Origin: Octopus bimaculoides
Taxonomy: Eukaryota
Reading direction: 5' to 3'
DNA: 64,000 bases
NCBI RefSeq assembly: GCF_001194135.2
Contig: NC_068992.1
Location: forward strand, 27,601,650-27,665,649
The position numbers and the translations under genes are program-made. Under the pieces are notes generated by a model. The model made no database searches and was not told the DNA's origin. It saw only the letters and a program-made list of their open reading frames with translations. Below, piece by piece: positions 11,558 to 24,843 of this stretch; within the stretch, counting starts at the first letter, position 1; each line of letters starts with the position of its first letter.

Positions 11558-13292
11558 TCATATAATTTGCATTGTTAGATATTGTTTGCAAAAGAGCATC
11601 AGTGGCAAAAAAAAAAAACAGAACAAAACTGCTGAAATTAATTTTAAAAAGAATCATTAGCATTTTCATTAGTAAAGATTTAAGACTAGAGTATAAAACA
11701 TCCAATAATGAGGCCACTGAGGCCACTAATAGATATTAAATGTGACTGATATCAATAACTGTAATGAAGGAAAACAAGAAAAGTTGCAACAGGGAATGAA
11801 GTGTATCTTCTGGGTAATTTAACTTATATCCCCTACCGAGAAGACACTGCAATATGATCTGTTATCACTGGTTTGTTAGAGGAAAATGTAAGGTGGAGAA
11901 AAAAAAAGGGACATACAGGTAGAGGTGAGCAAGAAACAAAAATAACAATTACCATATGTTGTTAAAGATCCTTGTGCTCTTAAATTTAAAAAAAAAGAGA
12001 GAGAAGACTGAACTGTACACCAGAGTAATCAACTGCTTCATGAACAAAGTGTCAAGTTTATTCTGGCTGTTCTCTGATGTGAGAGGCAGTTTTGAGAGAT
12101 CAGATTAAGTGTCAAGCAAAACATGAAATAAACAAAACTAAGTGAAAATACTAAGTTAATGAGCACTTCCAGACTCATAAATAAATGTTCTCAACTGTTG
12201 TTAATTTATAACTGAATCTAATTCTGTCACTTAACAATTTAGTTTTCAAGTTATACATTTCCACACCAAAGAGTTTTATCTCTGCAGTATAAAGTAATTC
12301 AAACAATAAAATGTTGGGTTAGGAATAATGGGAATGAAGTTATTATCCTATTTTCTATTAAGTCCAAAAGAGATAATTGTTACTTTTCAGACAATAATCT
12401 TTTCATAGCAACTATGATCAAATAGCTCCATAAAATCATATATTTTCATAAATTACTGCAAAGATAGTTTCCAATATGATTACTCTTAACATCAAGTAAT
12501 CATAGAATGAGAATTACTACTTTTCAAGCAACAGTTATCAACTTTGTCACAACAGAATAGTTATGTTCATATGACTGATAGATAGGTCAACTACCCAAAA
12601 TATTCTAACTTCTTAAACTTTATGGAATTGATAAAATAGTAAAATTTTGTATATAAAAAAATTGCTTATAGCTGGCAATTGGTTAAATATAAATTGATGT
12701 TCTGAACTTCAGATAGTTATTCAGAAATTACTGAGATTACTTTTAAGCACTGATAGAGATTTCATTTTTAGACTCATTGTTAATAAAATCCATGTTAAGA
12801 GTAACATACTTAACCAAGAGGGATTTTTAATAAAAATGAAAGAGAAAGAAAATATAAAGATTTTTTATAAGATCTTTCATATATTAAGAAAGTGCCACTG
12901 CAAGTAAATTTAAAGTATTTAAACAAACTTTTAATCAATATTAAATATAATATATTTCATAGAAGCTTCTTAAAGAATTACATTTTTATCATCTCATTTA
13001 TGAAGTAAATAATTAACCAATCAGATGATAAATTATATGCCTATTTTAAAAAGAAAATGACAAAATCTAAATAATAAGACCTAAATAACAATAAACAATC
13101 TCTCTGCATATATTCAAGATTCAGACAATCAAGGGAGGGAGTTGTTTTCATAGTCCCAATAACCAATCAAAATTATTTAGATAAATTAGTCATGACAGTG
13201 AAAAGAAAACAAATTCTTGTGTGAATGTGGGAGGTATTTATATATACATGCACTTAAAATCTATTGCTTTGTGTGTGTGTGTGTGTGTGTAT

Positions 13293-13327
<35 letters not shown>

Positions 13328-13595
13328 CGCAATAGATTTGAACTGCTTCCATTCTTTAAACTCTATGGTGAAACAAAAAGATATTTTAGCTTCTTTAAAA
13401 TAATTAATTTCTTTTTCAGAAGTTAACAATTCAATAGTGCAAAAAATGTATATTTTTAATGTGAGTTCTATGTAAAATTTTCTATTTGACATTTTCAAGT
13501 TTAGATGATGATCATATATTTTTTTATTTTACAGTGGTTCATCTGCCTTTGTTACATAACTGAATATATTTCTCATATATATATATATATGTAAA

Positions 13596-13642
<47 letters not shown>

Positions 13643-13757
13643 TGACAGACAAATAGAAACACAGAAAATGAATGTAACATGCGTTTAAAGTGTAGTGTTC
13701 ATTTTCAATTGTGAATATTTAAATCGCAATTAATTTTAATCTCTAATTTACGCTTAC

Positions 13758-13814
13758 CATGTTTTGGTTTCCTTTTTTCCTTTTTATGATCGGCTTTGTT
13801 GACATGACTTCATA
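13758..13814 (-). CDS. Candidate 57-nt coding exon of a - strand gene (YEVMSTKPIIKRKKGNQNM)
   Basis: Acceptor ttttacttcacatag|, strong donor ATG|GTAAGC. Length 3n, open only in phase 0, compatible with the phase-0 donor of exon 61812-62057. Unusual local CpG retention. Product not recognised. Confidence 0.5.
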
Positions 13815-15054
13815 CTATGTGAAGTAAAATTGCTTTGAATCAATCAATACTTGACTGATAGTAAGCAATAAGTGATTGATTACTAGCCTAGAGAAAGAAT
13901 GACTAGTGTAGCAATAATATCAATGACAACAGGATTGAGATGGTAGTTAGGCTTTTGTTTTCTTTAGTGGTGGTGGTTTCTATTGAAAGACTGTTATTCT
14001 CTATATGCAGATGGGCTGGTTATCTTAGCAGAACACCTTATTATGAACAATAGCTTTTGATCAATGAATACTTCTTAGAGAAGCAACACACAAGGAAGTA
14101 CTTAGCTGAAACTCATACAGACAATTCATCAAAAAGCTGATTAACTGCAGAATAGTCTATTCAGATTAAAATAATTATTAACGAGTAAGAGAGAAGCAAT
14201 TATTTTATAAAATGGATTAAATGTCTTTTTTTTTATATATTCTAATATTTCAAATGTAATATCTATTATATCAATGATTAAATGTGAAGACTATTGAATA
14301 ATTATTTTTGAAGAATGTCTTTGAAATTAATCAGTTTGGATGACAAAAAAATCTTAATTTTGATTAGGTACTGAAACAATAAATTTCTTATAAATAGAAA
14401 CGAAATGAAACCTCAGGTAAAATTTAAAATTCTCCCTCGCCATTTTTATCTTCTTACATGTTGAAGGAGTTAGATACAGAAAATCAAGTTTATGTTTCTT
14501 AATGTATTAGAGAATAATATTAGGTGTATAAATACACATCAAATACTGATTATAATTTGCTTTCAACTATTAATACTTTATCTCTATTGAGTTATGCATA
14601 CTCATCAAACCTTGATCACAAAGTTTTTTAAAATATGTATTATGGAATACTTAATTCTTTATTAGGTTATAAATACACATCAAAGATTTGTTTGTTACAT
14701 AAATTCAGATTTCTGTTTCCAAGCATATTTAGTTTATTCTAATGAATCTTGTATTCAAACAAAGCAAGAGAAAAGACAGTCTGTTCTTAACTACAATCTA
14801 AATACCAATCTAAAAAAGATAGGATTAAAGAGATACTATATACATATACATATATATATAGGTTCAAAAAAAGGAAAAAGACAAAAAGAAAACAATAACA
14901 AAAAACAACGTGAGGACATGATGCAGATAGTGTTACTAGACGCTCGGGAAAGGAATATATATATATATATCATTTGGAACTTTTTTGTTGATGATATTGG
15001 TATATAATAATTTTCTGAAATTTTGTCTCTCTGAAGGATTTTGAAATGATTCTC

Positions 15055-15222
15055 TGTGGTTGGTGTTAGGAAAGGTATCCAGCCATAAAAACACTGCCAA
15101 AACAGACACAGAAGTCCGATGCAGGCTCCTGCTTGGCCAGCTACTGCTTGGCCAGCTCCTGTCAAAGCATTCAACCCAACGTGGAAGGTGGACGTTAAAC
15201 AATGATGGTGATTATGATGTTT
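15055..15222 (+). mobile_element. RTE 3' UTR fragment
   Basis: gttggtgttaggaaaggtatccagcc...gtggacgttaaacaatgatggtgattatgatg, homologous to the tail at 26100-26259. Confidence 0.8.
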
Positions 15223-15239
15223 AAGCAATTATCAGAAAA

Positions 15240-15590
15240 AAATAACAGCTAGTAAGTAGCAGTGAAAACAACAGAAAAACAGCAGCAACATCAACAACAT
15301 GGCAGCCACAACAAAAATAACACTGCTACCACCAGTTTATCAACAAGTTACCAATTGCTATGTCCAGCAACACCACCACCAGCAAGACGATAAACATGAA
15401 AATATGAAAGCCAAGCAAAAGCAACATAGCCATCTGCTACAGTTCCAACCAATGCCACCACCACCACTGCATCCACTGCAGACATCAGCTCAATTTCCTC
15501 TGAAGGCAGTCACAGAAATAGCAACAATAATAACAATAGATATAGCATAACAGCTACAGCTACAAGGCTTTTACAAGTACAAGAAGAAGC
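15240..15590. repeat. Degenerate CAA/CAG/ACA trinucleotide-like low-complexity tract
   Basis: Visible cryptic simplicity; a similar tract lies at 16200-16440. Confidence 0.7.
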
Positions 15591-16479
15591 ATTGAGTGAC
15601 TAAAGATAGAGGAATAGATGCTGAGAGAAACCAGAGGAATCATCTAAAAAGAAGGCAAGGAAGCTGCTCTGACCATGCAACGAGAGTGATGGAAGATGCC
15701 AACAAATACACAAATAATACACTAGAGCATGAAAGATCAGCATGCTCAGAAGGAAAAATGTTGGAAAGTAATATGGAAGGGAAAAAAATCTTTTGTTACT
15801 CTTGGTAGGCAAAATGGGATTGTAGTTAGGAATGAGAATTTCATCTTTATACCATTATATGTGTTAGTGAGCAACAAAGGTGAGGTTGATGAAGGTGTCA
15901 TGAGAGATAAACATCTAATGACTGTGGCAGCTGTCCTGAGCAACAAAGAAAACCTCAACAATTTTTAATGTTACTGGGTTATGTCAAAAGAACTATTTAG
16001 GAACAGGGTGGATCTCTTGATCCAGATGGACTGGAAAGCTTGAAAACATTCCCAACCTGATCAAGCAGTTAAACAGCACCTGGCTGTGTGTTATGATGGA
16101 AGAGAGAAGACCAGGTGCCTTATATGTATATATATATATATCACTCTGCTAATCACGTACAGGCTTTCCAACAAGAGAGGAGGGCAAAAGATGGAAGGCA
16201 GCTCAAACCACTACCACTATCACAGTACAATAACAACAATAGTACCAACTACAACAGTTGCCACAAAACATCATTATCAGTAATAAAAGTATCAAGAGCA
16301 CCTGTAACAACAACAAGAGCAAGAACAATAGCAGTAGCACTATCAAAAGAAACAAAAAGTCACAGAGATCACAAGACAGCTTTACCAACACCACCACAAC
16401 TACAATAACCTCTACCACAACCATGACTTCATCAAAACACAAGCACACACCTGTACACATACTTCTTTCTTATGCCAAA

Positions 16480-17340
16480 GTATGTAACCTTAAAAACTCT
16501 CCAATTCCTGACCAATATGATTTATGTAACAGTTGTTTATCCTACTCAGAGTGGAGTGTTTAGCTGTTACATAAATTGGAGTCAATTTAGAAGCAAGGTC
16601 ACTGTGTATGCTTATCAGTCCATTAGCATTAGATGTGGTAGCCATCAGAGTGACCAGAATTTCTAGCATGCATCCACTCATGCCAATCTTTGATGAACAA
16701 GGTATATGACTTGTGGGTGATGGTGTGGCAGTATTCTTACAGAAATGTTTAAATTTCAAGGTATGGACAGTCTTCTTAAAGGCAAGTTGGTAGTACCCAA
16801 CATAAGCAGCAGCAAAGGCAGTTCCTTCAGTCTAAAGCCCAATTATGCCCTGATGAAGTTTGGGTGATTATATTTTTTTCAGGCATCCAGAAGTGTTCTT
16901 AGGAATGTTCCACTAACACTCACAGAAGATTAGAATGGCATCCTATGTGCATGCCGGGATAGTGTTGGGTTATCTGATAGTAGATAACCTCATGCTAAAA
17001 GCCTCACAAAGGTATTTCCAATAAGTTGGATGTCATAAGTGCACTAGTGTTGACAGAGTAACTGCATCAAGATATCTACATCTTATATGGAGAGAGTATT
17101 CATTAGGTCAGTGAATATAATACAACACGTCTGCATTTTTCAACCTGTCAACTAAATTATGAATACAAAATCTGTCATCTGCATGATTGATCTATATAGG
17201 ACACACAGAAAGTGATCTGATTACAGGAAATGGAACAGATCTTCTGCACAAAGCCTACAGTAGATGGATAGAAAATTAATTAGGCCACCCATGACTTTGA
17301 TTGGTCCAAGGTGGTGGCCATGCTCAAGAGACATAGAATC
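16480..17340 (-). mobile_element. Possible ancient L2/CR1-like LINE remnant
   Basis: Raised GC relative to flanks; reverse strand contains a CATGCAGATGAC (HADD) RT-like patch. No long intact frame. Confidence 0.3.
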
Positions 17341-17367
17341 AGTTTTTGTCAGCTAGATCATAGGATA

Positions 17368-18130
17368 TACAAAGTTGTATCAAAAAGTTCCTGGACTAGT
17401 TATGTTTAATAAAAAGCTTATTTACCTAAATTTTAATATCATCTCCATCAAAATAGTCACCTTATACAGCTATAGACCAGTCCCAGTGTCCCTATCACTT
17501 TTGAAATCTGGCCTGGAGATTTCATAAGCAAGTCAAGAAAATTCTGTGATTCACACTTGATTTCAACAATGGTGTTAAAACAGTGACCTTTGAGCTACAT
17601 TTTCATCTTGGAGAAGAGATGGAAGTTTGTAGGCGCTAAATCTGGTGAATAGGGCGAGTGCGGATGTGATACTATTTTGTTTTTGGCAAGAAACTCACAG
17701 GTGAGGAGAGCTCAGTGAAAAGGTCTATTGTAGTCTGAAGAATTCAATTCTTAGTGCTCCATAGATCCTGTCACTTTTCCCTCAAACATTTCAAAACATC
17801 ACAGAACTCTTGAATGATGGTCTGGCCCTGGGAGACAAATTCTTGATACACAATACTACATTTCCAGAGGTGATGCTTGTGGTAGATCTTCCAGATTGCT
17901 CATCATCTTCCAGATTGCTCATCATCTTCCAGGGACATTCTTCTGCTTTTGAAGCACTTGTGCCACTTGAAACACTGCATACGACCCATTGTATCATCAC
18001 TGCTTGCCGAAGCATGCTCAATGTCTCTGTAATAGACTTTCCAAATTTAACACAAAATTTCGCTTTGGCTCTTTGTTCCAACTTCCTACTTCCTGTCCAT
18101 GAAAAAATCAGACTACAGCATACATGTGAT
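17368..18130 (-). mobile_element. Mariner-family DNA transposon remnant
   Basis: N-terminal HTH MEQRAKAKFCVKFGKSITETLSMLRQA (ORF 17791-18081), C-terminal HSPYSPDLAPTNFHLFSKMK*LKG, and a TA-CAAAGTTGTATCAAAAAGTT mariner-like end at 17368. Other end runs into the gap. Confidence 0.9.
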
Positions 18131-18187
18131 CATATANNNNNNNNNNNNNNNNNNNNNNNNNNNNNNNNNNNNNNNNNNNNNNNNNNN

Positions 18188-18224
<37 letters not shown>

Positions 18225-18237
18225 TATATTTGTGTGT

Positions 18238-18535
18238 CTGTGTCTCACCATCGCTTGACAACCAATGTTGGTGTGTTTACGTCCCCATAACTTAGAAGTT
18301 CGGCAAAAGAGACCAATAGAATAAGTATTAGGCTAACAAAGAATAAGTCCTGAAGTTGATTTGTTTTACTAAAGGTAGTGCTCCAGCATGGCTGCAGTCA
18401 AGTGCCTGAAACAAGTAAAAGAATAAAAGAATTATTTGTAAGAAGTTTGCTTCCCAACTTGTTTCAGGTTCAGTCCAACTGCATGGCACTTGGGACAAGT
18501 GTCTTCTACTATAGCTTCAGGCCAGCCAAATACTT
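18238..18535 (+). mobile_element. Two fragments of the abundant tRNA-SINE family also at 61451-61760 (3' half, then degenerate head)
   Basis: cgcttgacaacc..cggcaaaagagacc..gctccagcatggctgcagtc..gaaacaagtaaaaga, then caggttcagtccaactgcatggcacttgggacaagtgtcttctactatagc. Confidence 0.85.
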
Positions 18536-20306
18536 GAGTACCACATCTAATGCTAATGGACTGATAAGCATACACAGTGACCTTGCTTCTAAATTGACTC
18601 CAATTTATGTAATACAAATATTTGAGTAATACAAAAGAAGCCTATATTTGTGTGTGAATTTATGTGTATATATATGTGTGTGGTTTTGTTACTTTCTTTT
18701 CTTACATTGACATCATGTGATAATTAAAAGTGTTACTGTCATGCAAACAGTCTCCATTTCCAATCTTCCATGAAAACATGTCTAGTTATGGGGAAATATT
18801 ACCCTTGAAACGGGTAAGGGTTAGCAACAGGAAACTGCCTCAACAAATTCCACCCAACCCAGTGAGCATGGATAGTGGACATTAAAACGATAATGGTGAT
18901 AATATCTAAGTATTTCTATCCATTTGAACATAAGATAGGACCATAACATTTCTATTTAATACACTATATTTAGGAAACCAAAGCTTCCATATGGGAGCAG
19001 CAATCAAGAAGACAATGTGAAAAACATGACCGATTATAAATCATGATACATAAGGTAAAAAAAATTTGAAATAATTAAAACTAACCTATGCTGTTAAGAT
19101 TACATAAGATGATACAGAGTTAAGTAAACTAGAAAAGAATAACCATAATATTAATAACTGTTAACTGTCTAATGTCCAAGATGATTTGTTGTTCATAAGA
19201 TTTTGTATTTTCATATTATATTAAGAAATTAAATATTTTAAAATATTTATCTGATTCTTATCATATAATATACTTAGGTACATAAATAGTGATAGATTGC
19301 ATTTGAACAATGAATCTTTATTTCTAAACAAAAAGTGACAATGTTCTTGTTCACTAGACCACTGATGTACAAACAAAAGAACCCATGAAATGTTTTTCTA
19401 ATCCAATTCCTTGCACAAGTCAATGGTAGAAAAGTGAATGTTAGTGCGCTCACTTGGAAAATGCATCTACATGCATCAGTACCTAGGTACATAAGAATGT
19501 TATTACATCTAGTTTAGATATCATGATGGTATATATGCATTCATCATTAAGACACTTGAGGATAATAAGAAATCAACCAATTAAAACATAGTGGAGATAT
19601 AAATATTAATAAATGTTGCATATCTAAAGGTAAAATTTATATTATATTGTTAAACATTATGAATTTATGCTATACTCATGATATTTTATGTTGGCATAAA
19701 GCCAAAAATATGCACAGGAAGATAATTAAATTAATCTCAATAGAAGACTAATGATTGTTCTATTAACGTCAATGAGATAAATAACCAAATCAACCACAAT
19801 GGAATTTGAACTCAGAAAGGGATAAAACTAAGTACTGTGAGACAGTTTGGTACTCTACAATGTAAGAGTGGAAAATCCTGTCTGATAAAAAAAAAAGTCT
19901 GAAAATATTTGTAAAAATAATAAAAGCTTGACCTGTATCATAAATTGAACAATTTATCTTGCTAATTAACATCAAGAAATGGTCTTTCTTTCTATGGTCA
20001 AGAGTAACTTGACCAGAGTTATTATTATGGTTAGATGGTTATATGAAATCAAAATATTAATTTATGACCATATACTAAATTTAAATCTTCAAGGAACTAG
20101 AAACAGTCATGAAATGAAGAACTAAAAAGTGAACTATTACATTAAATGTGACATAAACCTGTCCATAAGACACCAATAAAAATATCCAAGTGACATTATT
20201 ATCCACTTGTACTCTAGTAGATTATTTCATATATATACATGTATGTATGCCTATATGTGTGAATGCACACACACAGACACGCGTGTGTGCGTGTGTGTGT
20301 GTGTGT

Positions 20307-20349
<43 letters not shown>

Positions 20350-20405
20350 CATACATACATACATACATACATACATACATACATACATACATACATACAT
20401 ACATA

Positions 20406-20588
20406 GAGAAAAAATTGGCAGTTAGAATTTTGGATAACTCTTTATTATTAACGCTTTTGTTTGTTTAAGCGAACTCTTCAAGATAAGAATTAAAATCATT
20501 TTGATTTTAATTCCTATCTTGAAGAGTTCGTTTAAATGAAAGTGCAAATAATGAATTATCCAAAATTCTGACTGCCCCCTTTTTTCTC
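20406..20588. mobile_element. Palindromic MITE-like element (~180 bp)
   Basis: Nested inverted arms 20417-20437/20556-20576 and 20464-20498/20502-20536 around a 3-nt centre. Confidence 0.75.
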
Positions 20589-23340
20589 AATATACAATAT
20601 CTGTACACCACTTCAAATACTCTATGCATATGTATGTATGTATGTATGTATGTCATTGTTCAGTTTATTTCAAGATTTCTTGCCAATAGAGAATGAGCCA
20701 ATTTCTAACCTTATGTATGTACCTACGTATGTATACCCATGCCAGCATAAAACATGGATGTTAAATGATGATGGGCATGTGTTATATGTATGTATAAATA
20801 CAGAACCTGACAGAAATAGGGTGGGGGTTCAGTTTTTAGTGCTTCAACAATGTAAAACAGAACAAGATTAACCAAATTCTTATTTGTACTAATTTCAAAA
20901 ATGATTCTTGAATTATACTAAAAATGTTAATTTACAAATTTTTAAGAAAATATGAAAATGAGTAAATTTAATATACATTTTTTCTTAATCCACAATAGAG
21001 TTATACCACGATGGTACCACAAACTAATGAGCATGTCACTTTGATGCTGCTTAACCTACAAGGAATAGCAACTAATTCCTTCTCAAATCACAATGAAAGA
21101 TCGCACTGGACAATATAATCTTAAAAGATGAGATTTCACTACCAGAATGCCTCTGATTGTAAGTTTGCTTGATAAAAAATGACCAGGGATTTAACAAAAC
21201 AAAAAGAAAACAATTATTACAATTTTATACTAAGTTGCTGTAACCTTTTACAAAAGAGAAATTAATTTTTAGATAGAACTCTACAATTTTATCTCATCAT
21301 TTGATCTACAGTACTGAATGGAAAGTGAAAAGATACACTGATACATGAAAACTGTTATTGTGAAAACGTTCCTACTCACATGATTTAAGAACTGAACAAG
21401 TCAACTTGAGCATCTGTTTGTGTGTGAAGTGCATCTGCAGGTAATTAGCAGCCAGCAGATATTTAAAATTAATATAACATCCAAATAGTAAATTTCTGTG
21501 AATATTGTTGCAGTCACAAGTTTACAATCTTTAGCAATAGTGTTATTCTACTAACTAAAGATGTGAAAATGGTAAATCCATTAAAAATAATGTTACATAT
21601 GACTGGTAAAATGTATGTCAATAGAAAAGCAATAGCTTTTGAGTTGAGAAAGCAGAGATATTAGATTCTTTAAATTAGTATAGAAAAGGAATGGTTACAA
21701 TTAAGAATGTTAACAAGAAGTATACCACTTATTCCGGCTGAATTTCTCTACAACACATTATGTTACCATTTTTCTCTAAACTTCAGTTAACAAATCAAAG
21801 ATTAATTTAAATACATTCCCATAGGTGAATTGGTAATAAATCCACTACATATCAAAGGAGCACATATTGGTGTGACTCATTAATATTCATTTCAATGAAG
21901 AGATAAGACACAAGATAAGTCAGTGCGCTGTTGAAGAATTTTTTGAAATATTTAGTATCTCTTTTTTTTGTAAGCACTCCAAAATGTTTCACTTTTTTGT
22001 TTCTTCATGGTTGATTGATTGTAATGAGCAGAAGAGCCTCTTGTTAAAAGACAAACTCCAACAGTTCAGTTTCAAAAGTCATTCAAGATTTGAAGATCTA
22101 TCTAACCAGTTCTGTTATGAAAACAGTGAATTTAAAAAACAAAAAGAAAAAATATCAACAGGATAATATTAATCAATACACTGCTCTATATAGCAATATA
22201 TGTTTATTATCTAAAGAAATCAATTAGAGCAAATTGTTCCTGAAACACAAGTAAGCATATCGTTTTTCATATTGCTTCACAAAAGCTAAAATGATGGACA
22301 TGACAATAATTTAAAACTTGAGGTATTCATTTGAAGTTTGATCTTAGCTATTACAAAACATAACATTTGGTTCAATATTCTGTGTGTGTGTGTGTGTGTG
22401 TGTAATGGTATAAGTTAATTGGTTCTAAATATACTTCTTTTGCAACAAAAGATGTTTGCATCATGGAATCCACAATTGGTTTTAAGGTAGAAAATATAAG
22501 TGTATTTGCATATTTAAGATATATGTCTTGGATATTAAGTCATTTCCATTTTCTAGTTAGAAACGAGCATTTGAAGAATTATAATTTTTTTCTTGTATCT
22601 TGTTTTGTTTTGTTTTTTTATATAAATTTGACATACAACTATATAGATGCCTGATATCTTCTCATCTTTTAAAAATATTTTTTATCTTTTAATCATGACA
22701 ACATAAATAATATTGGATTAATTTTTCTTTGTGAGTTTATTTATGATACAAATGCATTTGTGGCATTAACAACTAAATAGTTGAGATAAATAGAATAGTT
22801 TATGGATGATTCTCCCAGTTGTCTGCTAATGTAAAGTTGACAAAACCTTGCAGCTGTTTTCAACTCATACAATGATTTTCAGATTAAATATCAGGTAGTG
22901 CCTGTCAAAACAATTGCACCTGATCAAAACTACATAAACTGAATGTCTGATAAAATACACTATCAATATTCTAATTTCCAATGTGTGTCTTCAATAAAAG
23001 TGGTTTGGATATTGAAATTTAGTTTTAAAATTTTCATTACTTATAAGATCTCTCAAAATCACCTGTGTCAAGTCAAAAAATGGCAATGATAATAATGCTA
23101 CAGAGGAGGATGATAAACAAATATCATCATATTGATGAATAATCATCATCATGCTGTTCTTGATAATGATAATGATATAGTCTCAGCTGATAAAGATGTC
23201 AATTTATGTCAACTTAACAAAACTTCAAACATTCAATACAGAAAATAATATTTAACCTTATATATTTCATTCTTTCTTGGTTTCTGATGTAACAAAAGAT
23301 ACTATATACTAAAAAAAAGTTGTGACTTTTAACTTGTCAA

Positions 23341-23388
<48 letters not shown>

Positions 23389-23879
23389 TGTGAGCATTTT
23401 ATATGAGTTATATTTCAACTGGTGTTTCCAACTTATAAGCTACTCACCTGTAGCTTTTGTCTTTACTCACTGAACCTATGATGACTGATGTGATAGTTGT
23501 TATCATGCTGCTTCCCATAACAACCAGTGTTTTTGTATGCACAAAGCTAGAAAGAGGTCGATGAATATCTCACCACAAGTTACTTTATTGCAGTATAATG
23601 TGTACACACAAAGCGCGTGTGTGTGTGAGTATGTTTAAATGTGTGGGTGGGTGTATCTTTTAAAGTGTCTGTTTTTATTACATCAGGTTTTTTTATGGTA
23701 TGCACATAAACAAACAAAAAAATCCCAAACTGCAAAGCAAATTATTATTGAAATCTACACATTTCAGATGAATATAAGCAAAGTGGTTTCCTGCAAATAT
23801 TTTGATGTTCATTAAAGTAACAATGGATATTTGGATGAGTTAGTAAGAAAGACATTCACAGTATTAATTTAATATACAC

Positions 23880-24192
23880 CAGCCTCTTGCCTGGCACAAC
23901 TACTTGCAATGGTTCCACTCCCTCTCTCAGCTGAGAGGTCTCTGTTTTGCAAACTACTTGGCAACCATGCTGGTGCCACATAAAAAGCACCTGTGCTAGT
24001 GCTAGACAAAAAGCACTTGTGCTGGAGTCACATAAAAAGCACTCTGTAAAGTAGATGGCATTAGGAAAGACATCCAGCCATAGAAACCATACTAAAACAC
24101 AATTGGAGCCTGCTGCAGTTCTTTGGCTTCCCAACTCCTGTCAAATTCCAATCCACACCAGCATGGAAAACAGACATTAAATGATGATGATT
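23880..24192 (+). mobile_element. RTE 3' UTR fragment
   Basis: gtgccacataaaaagcac repeats, ggcattaggaaagacatccagcc, ends cagacattaaatgatgatgat. Confidence 0.8.
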
Positions 24193-24843
24193 ACCACATG
24201 AAAACTAAAGTTCATTATATAACTTATTGTTTATATCAAGAGCTTAAAAGTATTTAACAGGTTGTTGTATCATAATTATGGTTTGTTCACAATTAGTAAA
24301 TCTATGATACACATGCATCTAATAAGGTCTAAGTTTTTCTTTACCTATGTAACCAATCAAAAGGAGATGAAAGATTAAATTTCAAACAATTGGCCATTCT
24401 TGTTAGAATTGTGGATCAACCTTAAATTATGACATTAAATTTGTTTTCTCTTGACTTTTCAAGAGAAGTCATATACTTGAGAAAAGATAGCCATGTGAAT
24501 AAGACATTGGACTAACAGTTCATAAAATAGACATTCAAATCCCACTGTTTTTATGAGCAGAACATTTTATTCAATATTTTTTTCAGTTTGTTTAGGTCAG
24601 GGATCAGCAACTTCTTTTATATGTAGGTCCAGTTTTGATTTTTCTTTTTTACATTTACCCATATACATTACATTTACCTCATATATCATATCTTATGCAT
24701 GAAATTATTACCATATATCACCTCATTTCTATCACTGGCAATGCTTACATAAGCAAAACTTAAAACAAATTAAGATGCAAAGGACAGACTAAAAGTCACT
24801 AATTACTCAATCACCTACAAATACATTCAACTTTTAAAATTTC

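Noticed and set aside
13759-13822. + strand accATG with signal-peptide-like MFWFPFFLFMIGFVDMTSYYV
   Set aside because: Only weak donors (GTAAAA/GTGAAG) before the stop; the - strand reading has stronger sites. Not fully excluded.
15299-15550. PolyQ/H/P-like ORF suggesting a transcription-factor exon
   Set aside because: Embedded in degenerate trinucleotide sequence with no splice signals; a similar tract at 16.2-16.4 kb points to simple-repeat decay.
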